Positions 22,380 through 34,500 of a DNA stretch of 51,354 nt are shown piece by piece. Each line of letters opens with the position of its first letter. Position 1 is the stretch's first letter. The notes below the pieces were generated by a model that had not been told where the DNA came from, searched no databases, and saw nothing but the letters and a program-made list of their open reading frames with translations. This DNA is from Nemertoderma westbladi (lineage: Eukaryota; Animalia; Xenacoelomorpha), in assembly GCA_032718475.1 (NCBI GenBank), contig JAUCBJ010001345.1, forward strand, positions 1 to 51,354, read 5' to 3'. A program made the translations under genes and the position numbers.

Positions 22380-22910
22380 CATCATAATGACGATGGGGTG
22401 ATGGTAACTCCACCTACAGACTCCAGAAGTCTGGGAAATCCAGCTAAGTACCTAACTGATCCAGACTTTGCTAATGACTTAGGAGTACTCTCAGAATCAC
22501 TAGAGGGAGCCCAACGACTCATCAGCTCAGTAGAACAGGCTGCTTCTAGTGTTGGTCTTTTTGTTAACTCCAAGAAGACCAAAATTTCGACAGGGGGAGG
22601 CATGGCATCATTGGATAGTTGTCAAGGATTTGGAAGTCGCATATAATAAAACGATAGGTTCGTTAATTTAGAGCAGCAGTAGAACCGTTACTCATCTATG
22701 GGAGTCCATGCTGGGCTCTAACTGCAGAGGAGACCAAATCTCTGAATGACACTTATACATTCTACAAGTTTCTTTTTGTAAAATACAAAAATTTTGTAAA
22801 GTACATTTACAACTATATAGTCACAGCATTTAATGTGTCCCACTATAGTCCCCCCTAGCTTGAACAGAACAAAGTCGCCTCCGTTTTGCAGGACATTACT
22901 ATCGCCTGCC
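22380..22910 (+). mobile_element. Old, internally deleted RTE LINE remnant (RT part and 3' part)
   Basis: LTDPDFANDLGVLSESLEGAQRLISSVEQAASSVGLFVNSKKTK is a decayed DFADD region; 22850-22900 resembles the RTE 3' fragments. Confidence 0.7.
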
Positions 22911-23161
22911 TTACACAATAGCGTGCAGCCTATTCTTTCTTGAGACACTCTTAAATTAGATGTTAGTGATAAGGGAGGAATAGCATTCTTAATGAAATAA
23001 TGAGAAAAAAAAAGAATAATGGGTAGAGGTACAAGAAAAAAAGAATACTAGCTAATAAAGTCTTTATTTAAGAAAAAGACAGGTCAAATTTAGTAACCAA
23101 CATAATTCTACCAACCCGAAATGCGACAGCCAGCAATGACAGAACGCCACAGTAAACTAAC

Positions 23162-23547
23162 CTGTACTCTAAATTATCAATTTTACCATTAATGTCTTCA
23201 TCTTTAATTTCATCATAGTGAACAACAACGGTGTTTAAATTAGTCTCATGGTCTTCTATCTTTGTAATGTTTGGTGTTCCGGATGGAATATCTTCACCAG
23301 AGAAACCCTCTGCAGTTGCTTTCTTGGATCTACCTTTATAATTCACCGTTGACAATGTAACCTTGAATTCCGTATATGTGGGTAAGCCAGTGACAGTATG
23401 GGACGTTTCTGTGACATCGATACACTTTTTCTCGCCACGATGAGTGTCGTTTTCCTTATTTTCCCATTCAATATCAAAGAATACACCGGGTTTCCCGCAA
23501 TCAGCTACGACTTTCGTATTTAATATATTCTCCTGAACTCCATATGA
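23162..23547 (-). CDS. L1-family (neuroglian/NrCAM-like) adhesion molecule exon: rest of the 2nd FN3 and start of the 3rd FN3
   Basis: ttttatag|SYGVQEN...TVTGLPTYTEFKVTLSTVNYKG...EGFSGEDIPSGTP...INGKIDNLEYR|gttagt; 386 nt, phase 0 to 2; G[FY]SGED.P is typical of the L1 family. Confidence 0.85.
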
Positions 23548-24394
23548 CTATAAAATAATAAAATAAAATAAAATAATACTCATTACTGATTTTGTTTATG
23601 TAATAAAAATAATTGAATATTTATACTACATAGTTTCGAATAAATTGTAAATCAGTCTCGGATTCATACTCCTACTGAATCCGGGACGGGATTATTACTA
23701 TTTTCGCTCGGTTTGAGAAATCTCGCTTGTCTTAGGCAGCTACTTTATCATCAAGTATTTCTGATATTTGGTATGTTGTAGTGTCTAAACTAGATCCCGG
23801 TGAAAAATACAATCCCAGTCCCGACGTTTTTGGAACGGAATCCCGAAGTATAAATAGTGAAGTAAATTTATTGAATATCCGATGAATAGTTACTAGTTAG
23901 TTGAACCAGAAGATAAATCTATTGGGTATATCGAATTGATTACTGAATGTCATTAAACCATCCAGTAGTCAACTATAAATAAATTAAAATTGTTTTTAGA
24001 CTCGCGAAGATTCGCGCAGCACCAGTCAAGCTGGCATTTAATTATTATTATAATTTAAACAATTACCACATTAAAATCAGTGAAATTAAAAGGCCTTATA
24101 GATTGACAAGGAGATTTATGTTGGTACCTGAATTTATCTTTTATCGGATTTGGACCAACGAGTTGATAGAGACAGAAATTTCGGTTATTAATTAAAAATT
24201 ATCGCTTAAATTGCCTGATACTTAGTAGTAGAACTTGGCAGTATACCAAAAAACAAAAATAAAAATCTAACGTAATCTCTATTTCGTTTGGTTCAGCTAT
24301 CTGAGTATTTTGTTTTGTTAAACATTTTTTCGTTTCATAATCGTTTCGATTCAAAAAAAGAACGACCTTGTTTAATGAATACATAGAAACTCAC

Positions 24395-25261
24395 CTCCCG
24401 AGGCAGAGGGTCCCACCCAATCACCATATTATCTTTTTTCGTTCCAGCCACCACCAAATTGTTGGGGTTCGTCGGAACAGCATCGCCCATTGCTATGGGA
24501 CTTGACCACGCCGTGAAACTGCTCTCACCAACGGGGTTGCTTGCTTTCACTTTAAACCGATAGGTATTGCCGCCTTTCAATGCTAAGAAGAGCACGGGGG
24601 GTGTAGTAATAGTGTCGCCTTCTTGTTCCCCCACATTATCGGATGGTTGAACTGAAACGAATACGATGTATTCCACATTGCCAAATTCCCTATCCGTAAT
24701 CGAATTCCACGCGATCCGATAAAATGACCCAGAGCTTTTAGTAGCCTGTAGTCCAGTTGGTGTTGGTGGAATCTTCAAGACTGAGACTGTAGCACTCGCA
24801 CTGCCGTTGTTTAAGTCTTCGCTATCAAAGACACATAAATACTCTCCACTATGATCGGTTCTAGCTGAAGTAACTGAATAGGTCAACGTTGCTGTATTAT
24901 CAGCTGAGTTATAGTTGACTTTGAATAAACTCTTATCTATTACTTTTTCGCCGCCTCCATCTATCACCTTTTTCAACTGTATGCTAAAATCTTCTTTCTT
25001 GGTTAGTTTATCGTAAGAAACTTGGCATTGAATCTGTAACGTTTTGCCATACATGACAGTCATATTATCAAACTTCATTATTTGTATTTTATCAACAATC
25101 TGAAGATCAATATAAACAGATGCCGGTCTGTTTTTTTCTCCGTTACTACCTCTACAAGTGTAAAATCCCGCGTGGCTAGCCTTAACGATGTTAGAGACTT
25201 GGAGGAGAGAAACGTGTCTGTTTTCTTCAGAGGTTAATATTGTAAATGATTCGCCATTGGT
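24395..25261 (-). CDS. L1-family adhesion molecule exon: C-half of the penultimate Ig, last Ig, 1st FN3 and start of the 2nd FN3
   Basis: gttttag|TNGESF...HAGFYTCRGSN...LQIQCQVSYD...DHSGEYLC...YRFKVKASNPVGES...PTNPNNLVVAGTKKDNMVIGWDPLPRE|gtgagt; 867 nt, phase 0 to 0. Confidence 0.9.
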
Positions 25262-25336
25262 CTAAAACGATAAAACAGATATATATTGGGGGAAAAACGA
25301 GAAAATATTGGAACAAAATTGTTAGACTAATGTGAA

Positions 25337-25362
25337 AGGGGGGGGGGGGGGGGGGGGGGGGG
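25337..25362. repeat. Poly-G homopolymer (~26 nt), intronic
   Basis: Directly visible. Confidence 0.9.
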
Positions 25363-25510
25363 AATAACTAAAGTAGAAGTAGTTCAATGGACGTGGGGTT
25401 GTCATTAAGGTGTGGTCATTAAGGGAGGGGCTTTGCGAACCTACACTACGTAAGCAAACTGTCTGATATGCAGCTATTAAGTATTAAAATTACCGGAAAA
25501 ATCCAATGCA

Positions 25511-28500
25511 AAGCTAACTAGAAACATATTCGTTACCATATGTGAAGCTAACTAGAAACATATTCGTTACCATATGTGAAGCTAACTAGAAACATATTCG
25601 TTACCATATGTGAAGCTAACTAGAAACATATTCGTTACCATATGTGAAGCTAACTAGAAACATCTTATCTACCAACTGTGAAGCTAACTAGAAACATATT
25701 CGTTACCATATGTGAAGCTAACTAGAAACATATTCGTTACCATATGTGAAGCTAACTAGAAACATATTCGTTACCATATGTGAAGCTAACTAGAAACATA
25801 TTCGTTACCATATGTGAAGCTAACTAGAAACATCTTATCTACCAACTGTGAAGCTAACTAGAAACATCTTATCTACCAACTGTGAAGCTAACTAGAAACA
25901 TATTCGTTACCATATGTGAAGCTAACTAGAAACAAATTCGTTACCATATGTGAAGCTAACTAGAAACATATTCGTTACCATATGTGAAGCTAACTAGAAA
26001 CATCTTATCTACCAACTGTGAAGCTAACTAGAAACATCTTATCTACCAACTGTGAAGCTAACTAGAAACATATTCGTTACCATATGTGAAGATAACTAGA
26101 AACATCTTATCTACCAACTGTGAAGCTAACTAGAAACATATTCGTTACCATATGTGAAGCTAACTAGAAACATATTCGTTACCATATGTGAAGCTAACTA
26201 GAAACATATTCGTTACCATATGTGAAGCTAACTAGAAACATCTTATCTACCAACTGTGAAGCTAACTAGAAACATCTTATCTACCAACTGTGAAGCTAAC
26301 TAGAAACATATTCGTTACCATATGTGAAGCTAACTAGAAACAAATTCGTTACCATATGTGAAGCTAACTAGAAACATATTCGTTACCATATGTGAAGCTA
26401 ACTAGAAACATATTCGTTACCATATGTGAAGCTAACTAGAAACATATTCGTTACCATATGTGAAGCTAACTAGAAACATCTTATCTACCAACTGTGAAGC
26501 TAACTAGAAACATCTTATCTACCAACTGTGAAGCTAACTAGAAACATATTCGTTACCATATGTGAAGCTAACTAGAAACATCTTTATCTACCAACTGTAA
26601 AGCTAACTAGAAACATATTCGTTACCATATGTGAAGCTAACTAGAAACATATTCGTTACCATATGTGAAGCTAACTAGAAACATATTCGTTACCATATGT
26701 GAAGCTAACTAGAAACATCTTTATCTACCAACTGTAAAGCTAACTAGAAACATATTCGTTACCATATGTGAAGCTAACTAGAAACATATTCGTTACCATA
26801 TGTGAAGCTAACTAGAAACATATTCGTTACCATATGTGAAGCTAACTAGAAACATATTCGTTACCATATGTGAAGCTAACTACAAACATCTTATCTACCA
26901 ACTGTGAAGCTAACTAGAAACATCTTATCTACCAACTGTGAAGCTAACTAGAAACATATTCGTTACCATATGTGAAGTTAACTAGAAACATATTCGTTAC
27001 CATATGTGAAGCTAACTAGAAACATATTCGTTACCATATGTGAAGCTAACTAGAAACATATTCGTTGCCATATGTGAAGTTAACTAGAAACATATTCGTT
27101 ACCATATGTGAAGCTAACTAGAAACATATTCGTTGCCATATGTGAAGCTAACTAGAAACATCTTATCTACCAACTGTGAAGCTAACTAGAAACATATTAT
27201 CTACCAACAACTGTCAAGCTAACTAGAAAAAAAATTCGTTACCATATGTGAAGCTAACTAGAAACATATTCGTTACCATATGTGAAGTTAACTAGAAACA
27301 TATTCGTTACCATATGTGAAGCTAACTAGAAACATATTCGTTACCATATGTGAAGCTAACTAGAAACATCTTATCTACCAACTGTGAAGCTAACTAGAAA
27401 CATCTTATCTACCAACAACTGTCAAGCTAACTAGAAACATATTCGCTACCACATGTGAAGCTAACTAGAAACATATTCGTTACCATATGTGAAGCTAACT
27501 AGAAACATCTTATCTACCAACTGTGAGGCTAACTAGAAACATCTTATCTACCAACAACTGTCAAGCTAACTAGAAACATATTCGTTACCATATGTGAAGC
27601 TAACTAGAAACATATTCGTTACCATATGTGAAGCTAACAAGAAACATCTTATCTACCAACTGTGAAGCTAACTAGAAACATCTTATCTACCAACAACTGT
27701 CAAGCTAACTAGAAACATATTCGTTACCATATGTGAAGCTAACTAGAAACATCTTAGCTACCATATGTGAAGCTAACTAGAAACATATTCGTTACCATAT
27801 GTGAAGCTAACTAGAAACATCTTATCTACCAACTGTGAAGCTAACTAGAAACATCTTATCTACCAACAACTGTCAAGCTAACTAGAAACATATTCGTTAC
27901 CATATGTGAAGCTAACTAGAAACATATTCGTTACCATATGTGAAGCTAACTAGAAACATCTTATCTACCAACTGTGAAGCTAACTAGAAACATCTTATCT
28001 ACCAACAACTGTCAAGTAAACTAGAAACATCTTATCTACCAACTGTCAAGTTAACTAGAAACATCTTATCTACCAACTGTGAAGCTAACTAGAAACATCT
28101 TATCTACCAACAACTGTCAAGCTAACTAGAAACATATTCGTTACCATATGTGAAGCTAACTAGAAACATATTCGTTACCATATGTGAAGTTAACTAGAAA
28201 CATATTCGTTACCATATGTGAAGCTAACTAGAAACATATTCGTTACCATATGTGAAGCTAACTAGAAACATCTTATCTACCAACTGTGAAGCTAACTAGA
28301 AACATCTTATCTACCAACAACTGTCAAGCTAACTAGAAACATATTCGTTACCATATGTGAAGCTAACTAGAAACATATTCGTTACCATATGTGAAGCTAA
28401 CTAGAAACATATTCGTTACCATACATATTCGTTACCATATGTAAAGTTAACTAGAAACATATTCGTTACCATATGTGAAGCTAACTAGAAACATATTCGT

Positions 28501-31500
28501 TACCATATGTGAAACTAACTAGAAACATCTTATCTACCAACAGTGAAGCTAACTAGAAACATCTTATCTACCAACTGTGAAGCTAACTAGAAACATCTTA
28601 TCTACCAACAGCTGTCAAGTAAACTAGAAACATCTTAGGTACCAACTGTGAAGCTAACTAGAAACATCTTAGCTACCAACAACTGTCAAGTAAACTAGAA
28701 ACATCTTATCTACCAACTGTCAAGTTAACTAGAAACATCTTATCTACCAACTGTGAAGCTAACTATAAACATCTTATCTACCAACAACTGTCAAGTAAAC
28801 TAGAAACACCTTAGCTACCAACTGTCAAGCTAACTAGAAACATATTCGTTACCATATGTGAAGCTAACTAGAAACATATTCGTTACCATATGTGAAGCTA
28901 ACTAGAAACATATTCGTTACCATATGTGAAGCTAACTAGAAACATATTCGTTACCATATGTGAAGCTAACTAGAAACATATTCGTTACCATATGTGAAGC
29001 TAACTAGAAACATATTCGTTACCATATGTGAAGCTAACTAGAAACATATTCGTTACCATATGTGATTTTAACAAGGTTGAGAAAGCTAAGGACGATCTTA
29101 AATTGGCCTACAACATCAGCCAGGAAAAGTACATACAGGATAAAACTGAAGCAATTACAACTGCTCACATACAGCAACAATCAAGACTTACCTGGCAAAC
29201 TGTAAATGAGGTATATGGTCGGAAAAGTTGTGCAAAGGGGCGCCTCAAAGCCGATAGTCCTGAAGAACGTGTTGGGAAGTGGAAAAATCACTTCAGCAAC
29301 TTGCTTGGGCAGCCACCAAACATCGAGGTCAGCCCTACAAGGAAAATATATGACAAGACACTACCTATAGAAACAGGGGACTTCACACCTGCCGAACTCC
29401 AAAGAAGCATTAAAAGCATGTCCAATAATAAAGCGAGTGGATTAGATGAAATCCCAGCGGAGGTATGGAAAACCGGAGTGCTAAATAGACCATTATTGAA
29501 TGTTTGCAACCGGATGTTAAAAGGGGAAAAGCCACCACCAATTTGGACTAAAGTCAACTAAAGCCTCTCCCCAAGAAAGGAGACCTCGGCATACCAACAA
29601 ACTATCGTGGGATCTGTCTGCTTGTGGTAGCTGCCAAAATATACAATAAAATGATTCTATATAGGATTAGGCCTCACATAGAGAAACTACTGCGTAAGAG
29701 CCAAAACGGATTTCGACCAAGTAGATCAACAATAGCTCACATACTTGCACTACGGAGACTGACTGATTGAAGGAATTAAGTCAAAGAATCTCCCCGCAGT
29801 CATGACTTTTGTGGACTTCAAGAAGGCATTCGACTCCATCCATAGAGGTAAAATGCTTGAAATCCTAAGAGCTTATGGAATACCAGAAGTAATTGTTGCT
29901 GGCATTGGATTGCTATATTGTGACACAGAAGCGCAGGTACTCTCACCAGATGGTGAAACTGAGTTTTTCTCAATCCTGGCTGGCGTACTGCAAGGTGACA
30001 CATTAGCACCATTACTATTTGTAATTGTGCTGGATTAGGCAATGAGGACGGCCACAAAGGGTGAAGATCTGGGATTCACACTTCAAGAACGCAGAAGTAG
30101 TAGATATCCGGCAACTACAGTCACAGACACCGACTTTGCGGATGACATCGCCCTGCTCTCTAATACGCTAGCAGATGCACAGCTTCTACTAAATAAAGTG
30201 AAGAGGGCTGCTAAGGAGGTTGGATTGCATATAAATGCTACCAAGACCGAATTCATGACCTTTAATGTTGATGGAAACTTGACAACCATTGATAATAATC
30301 AACTAAGGCAGGTCGATGACTTCCAGTATCTTGGATCATGGATAGAGAGTAGCAAAAAGGACATAGAAGTTAGGAAAGCAAAGGCTTGGGTAGCTCTATC
30401 AAAAATGGATACCATCTGGAAATCAGATCTCTCCATGCACCTGAAGACCAAGTTCTTTCGAGCCACAGTGGAAAGTGTATTTTTATACGGGGGTGAGACC
30501 TGGACACTGACTAAATCACTTGAACAACGAATTGATGGTTGCTACACAAGACTACTAAGGGCAGCCCTAAACATCAGCTGGAGACAACACATGACAAACG
30601 CCGAGCTTTATGGTACAATACCACCTGTATCAACCACCCTCCGTGAACGCAGATTAAGATTCAGTGGGCACTGCTGGCGAAGTAAAGACGAGGTCATACC
30701 AGATCTACTTCTCTGGCAACCAACTCATGGAAAGCGTAGTCGTGGACGACCTGCCATAACATATATAGATCAACTTGAAAGGGATACTGAACTTGGGAGA
30801 AACGAAATTGCGACAACTATGGAGAATCGGGAAGCCTGGAAGGATCTCATTTCCACTGTCCGAGTTCGCTCGACCTAGTAGTAGTAGTACCATATGTGAA
30901 GTTAACTAGAAACATACTCGTTACCATATGTGAAGCTAACTAGAAACATATTCGTTACCATATGTGAAGCTAACTAGAAACATCTTATCTACCAACTGTG
31001 AAGCTAACTAGAAACATATTCTCGTTACTATATGTGAAGTTAACTAAAAACATATTCGTTACCATATGTGAAGCTAACTAGAAACATATTCGTTACCATA
31101 TGTGAAGCTAACTAGAAACATATTCGTTACCATATGTGAAGCTAACTAGAAACATATTCGTTACCATATGTGAAGCTAACTAGAAACATATTCGTTACCA
31201 TATGTGAAGCTAACTAGAAACATATTATCTACCAACTGTGAAGCTAACTAGAAACATCTTATCTACCAACTGTGAAGCTAACTAGAAACATCTTATCTAC
31301 CAACAACTGTCAAGTAAACTAGAAACATCTTAGGTACCAACTGTGAAGCTAACTAGAAACATCTTAGCTACCAACAACTGTCATCAAGTAAACTAGAAAC
31401 ATCTTATCTACCAACTGTCAAGTTAACTAGAAACATCTTATCTACCAACTGTGAAGCTAACTAGAAACATCTTATCTACCAACTGTCAAGTTAACTAGAA

Positions 31501-34500
31501 ACATCTTATCTACCAACTGTGAAGCTAACTAGAAACATATTTGTTACCATATGTGAAGCTAACTAGAAACATATTCGTTACCATATGTGAAGCTAACTAG
31601 AAACATATTCGTTACCATATGTGAAGCTAACTAGAAACATATTCGTTACCATACATATTCGTTACCATTTGTGAAGCTAACTAGAAACATATTCGTTACC
31701 ATATGTGAAGCTAACTAGAAACATATTCGTTACCATATGTGAAGCTAACTAGAAACATATTCGTTACCATACATATTCGTTACCATTTGTGAAGCTAACT
31801 AGAAACATATTATCTACCAACTGTGAAGCTAACTAGAAACATATTCGTTACCATACATATTCGTTACCATATGTGAAGCTAACTAGAAACATATTCGTTA
31901 CCATATGTGAAGCTAACTAGAAACATATTCGTTACCATATGTGAAGCTAACTAGAAACATATTCGTTACCATACATATTCGTTACCATTTGTGAAGCTAA
32001 CTAGAAACATATTATCTACCAACTGTGAAGCTAACTAGAAACATCTTAGCTACCAACAACTGTCAAGTAAACTAGAAACATCTTATCTACCAACTGTCAA
32101 GTTAACTAGAAACATCTTATCTACCAACAGTGAAGCTAACTAGAAACATCTTAGCTACCAACAACTGTCAAGTAAACTAGAAACATCTTATCTACCAACT
32201 GTCAAGTTAACCAGAAACATCTTATCTACCAACTGTGAAGCTAACTAGAAACATCTTAGCTACCAACAACTGTCAAGTAAACTAGAAACAACTTATCTAC
32301 CAACTGTCAAGTTAACTAGAAACATCTTATCTACCAACTGTAAAGCTAACTAGAAACATCTTAGCTACCAACAACTGTCAAGTTAACTAGAAACATATTA
32401 GCTACCAACAACTGTCAAGTTAACTAGAAACATCTTAGCTACCAACAACTGTCAAGCTAACTAGAAACATCTTAGCTACCAACAACTGTCAAGTTAACTA
32501 GAAACATCTTAGCTACCAACAACTGTCAAGCTAACTAGAAACATCTTATCTACCAACTGTGAAGCCAACTAGAAACATCTTAGCTACCAACGACTGTCAA
32601 GTTAACTAGAAACATCTTAGCTACCAACAACTGTCAAGCTAACTAGAAACACTTTAGCACCAACTTTCAAGCTAACTAGAAACATCTTAGCTACCAACAA
32701 TTTATTGTCAAGCTAACTAGAAACATATTCGTTACCAACAACTGTCAAGCTAACTAGAAACATCTTAGCTACCAACAATTCATTGTCAAGCTAACTTGAA
32801 CCATATTCGTTACCAACAACTGTCAAGCTAACTAGAAACATCTTATCTACCAACTGTCAAGCTAACTACAAACATCTTAGTTACAAACTGTCAAGCTAAC
32901 TAGAAACATATTCGTTACCAACAACTGTCAAGCTAACTAGAAACATCTTAGCTACCAACAATTCATTGTCAAGCTAACTAGAACCATATTCGTTACCAAC
33001 AACTTTCAAGCTAACTAGAAACATATTCGTTACCAATAACTGTCACGCTAACTGGAAACACCTTAGCTACCTACTGGCAAGCTAACTAGAAACATCTTAG
33101 CTACCAACAATTATCATGCTAACTAGAATCATCTTAGCTACCAACAACTCTCAAGTTAACTAGAAACATCTTAGCTACCAACAACTGTCAAGCTAAATAG
33201 AAACATCTTAGCTACCAACAATTTATTGTCAAGCTAACTAGAAACATATTCGTTACCAACAACTGTCAAGCTAACTAGAAACATATTCGTTACCAATAAC
33301 TGTCACGCTAACTGGAAACACCTTAGCTCCCAACTGTCAAGCTAACTAGAAACATCTTAGCTACCAACAATTGTCATGCTAACTAGAATCATCTTAGCTA
33401 CAAACAACTGTCAAGCTAATTAGAAACATCTTAGCTACCAAATGTCAAGCTAACTAGAAACATCTTAGCTACCAACAAATGTCAAGCTAACTAGAAACAT
33501 ATTAGCTACCAACTGTCAAGCTAACTAGAAACATCTTATCTACCAACTGTCAGCTAACTAGAAACATATTAGGTACCAACTGTCAAGCTAACTAGAAACA
33601 TCTTATCTACCAACTGTGAAGCGAACTAGAATCATCTTAGCTACCAACAAATGTCACGCTAACTAGAAACATATTAGCTACCAACTGTCAAGCTAACTAG
33701 AAACATCTTATCTACCAACTGTGAAACTAACTAGAAACATCTTAGCTACCAACAACTGTCAAGTTAACTAGAAACATCTTAGCTACCACCAACTGTCAAG
33801 TTAACTAGAAACATCTTAGCTACCAACAACTGTCAAGCTAACTAGAAACATCTTAGCTACCAACAATTTATTGTCAAGCTAACTAGAAACATATTCGTTA
33901 CCAACAACTGTCAAGCTAACTATAAACATATTCGTTACCAACAACTGTCAAGCTAACTAGAAACATCTTAGCTACCAACAATTCATTGTCAAGCTAACTA
34001 GAACCATATTCGTTACCAACAACTTTCAAGCTAACTAGAAACATATTCGTTACCAATAACTGTCACGGTAACTGGAAACACCTTAGCTACCAACTGTCAA
34101 GCTAACTAGAAACATCTTAGCTACCAACAATTGTCATGCTAACTAGAATCATCTTAGCTACCAACAATTTATTGTCAAGCTAACTAGAAACATATTCGTT
34201 ACCAACAACTGTCAAGCTAACTAGAAACATCTTAGCTACCAACAATTCATTGTCAAGCTAACTATAACCATATTCGTTACCAACAACTTTCAAGCTAACT
34301 AGAAACATATTCGTTACCAATAACTGTCACACTAACTGGAAACACCTTAGCTACCAACTGTCAAGCTAACTAGAAACATCTTAGCTACCAACAATTTTTA
34401 TGCTAACTAGAATCATCTTATCTACAAACAACTGTCAAGCTAACTAGAAACATCTTAGCTACCAACTGTCAAGCTAACTAGAAACATCTTAGCTACCAAC

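Noticed and set aside
25131-25140. Apparent frameshift in the large L1-like exon at an A7 run
   Set aside because: Recounting gives NGEKNRPASV in frame; the exon length of 867 is a multiple of 3.
3941-30878. RT genes next to repeats as a retron, DGR or other prokaryotic RT system
   Set aside because: Every RT sits in a standard eukaryotic retrotransposon (Gypsy, BEL, CR1/L2, RTE) with LTRs, tails or TSDs.
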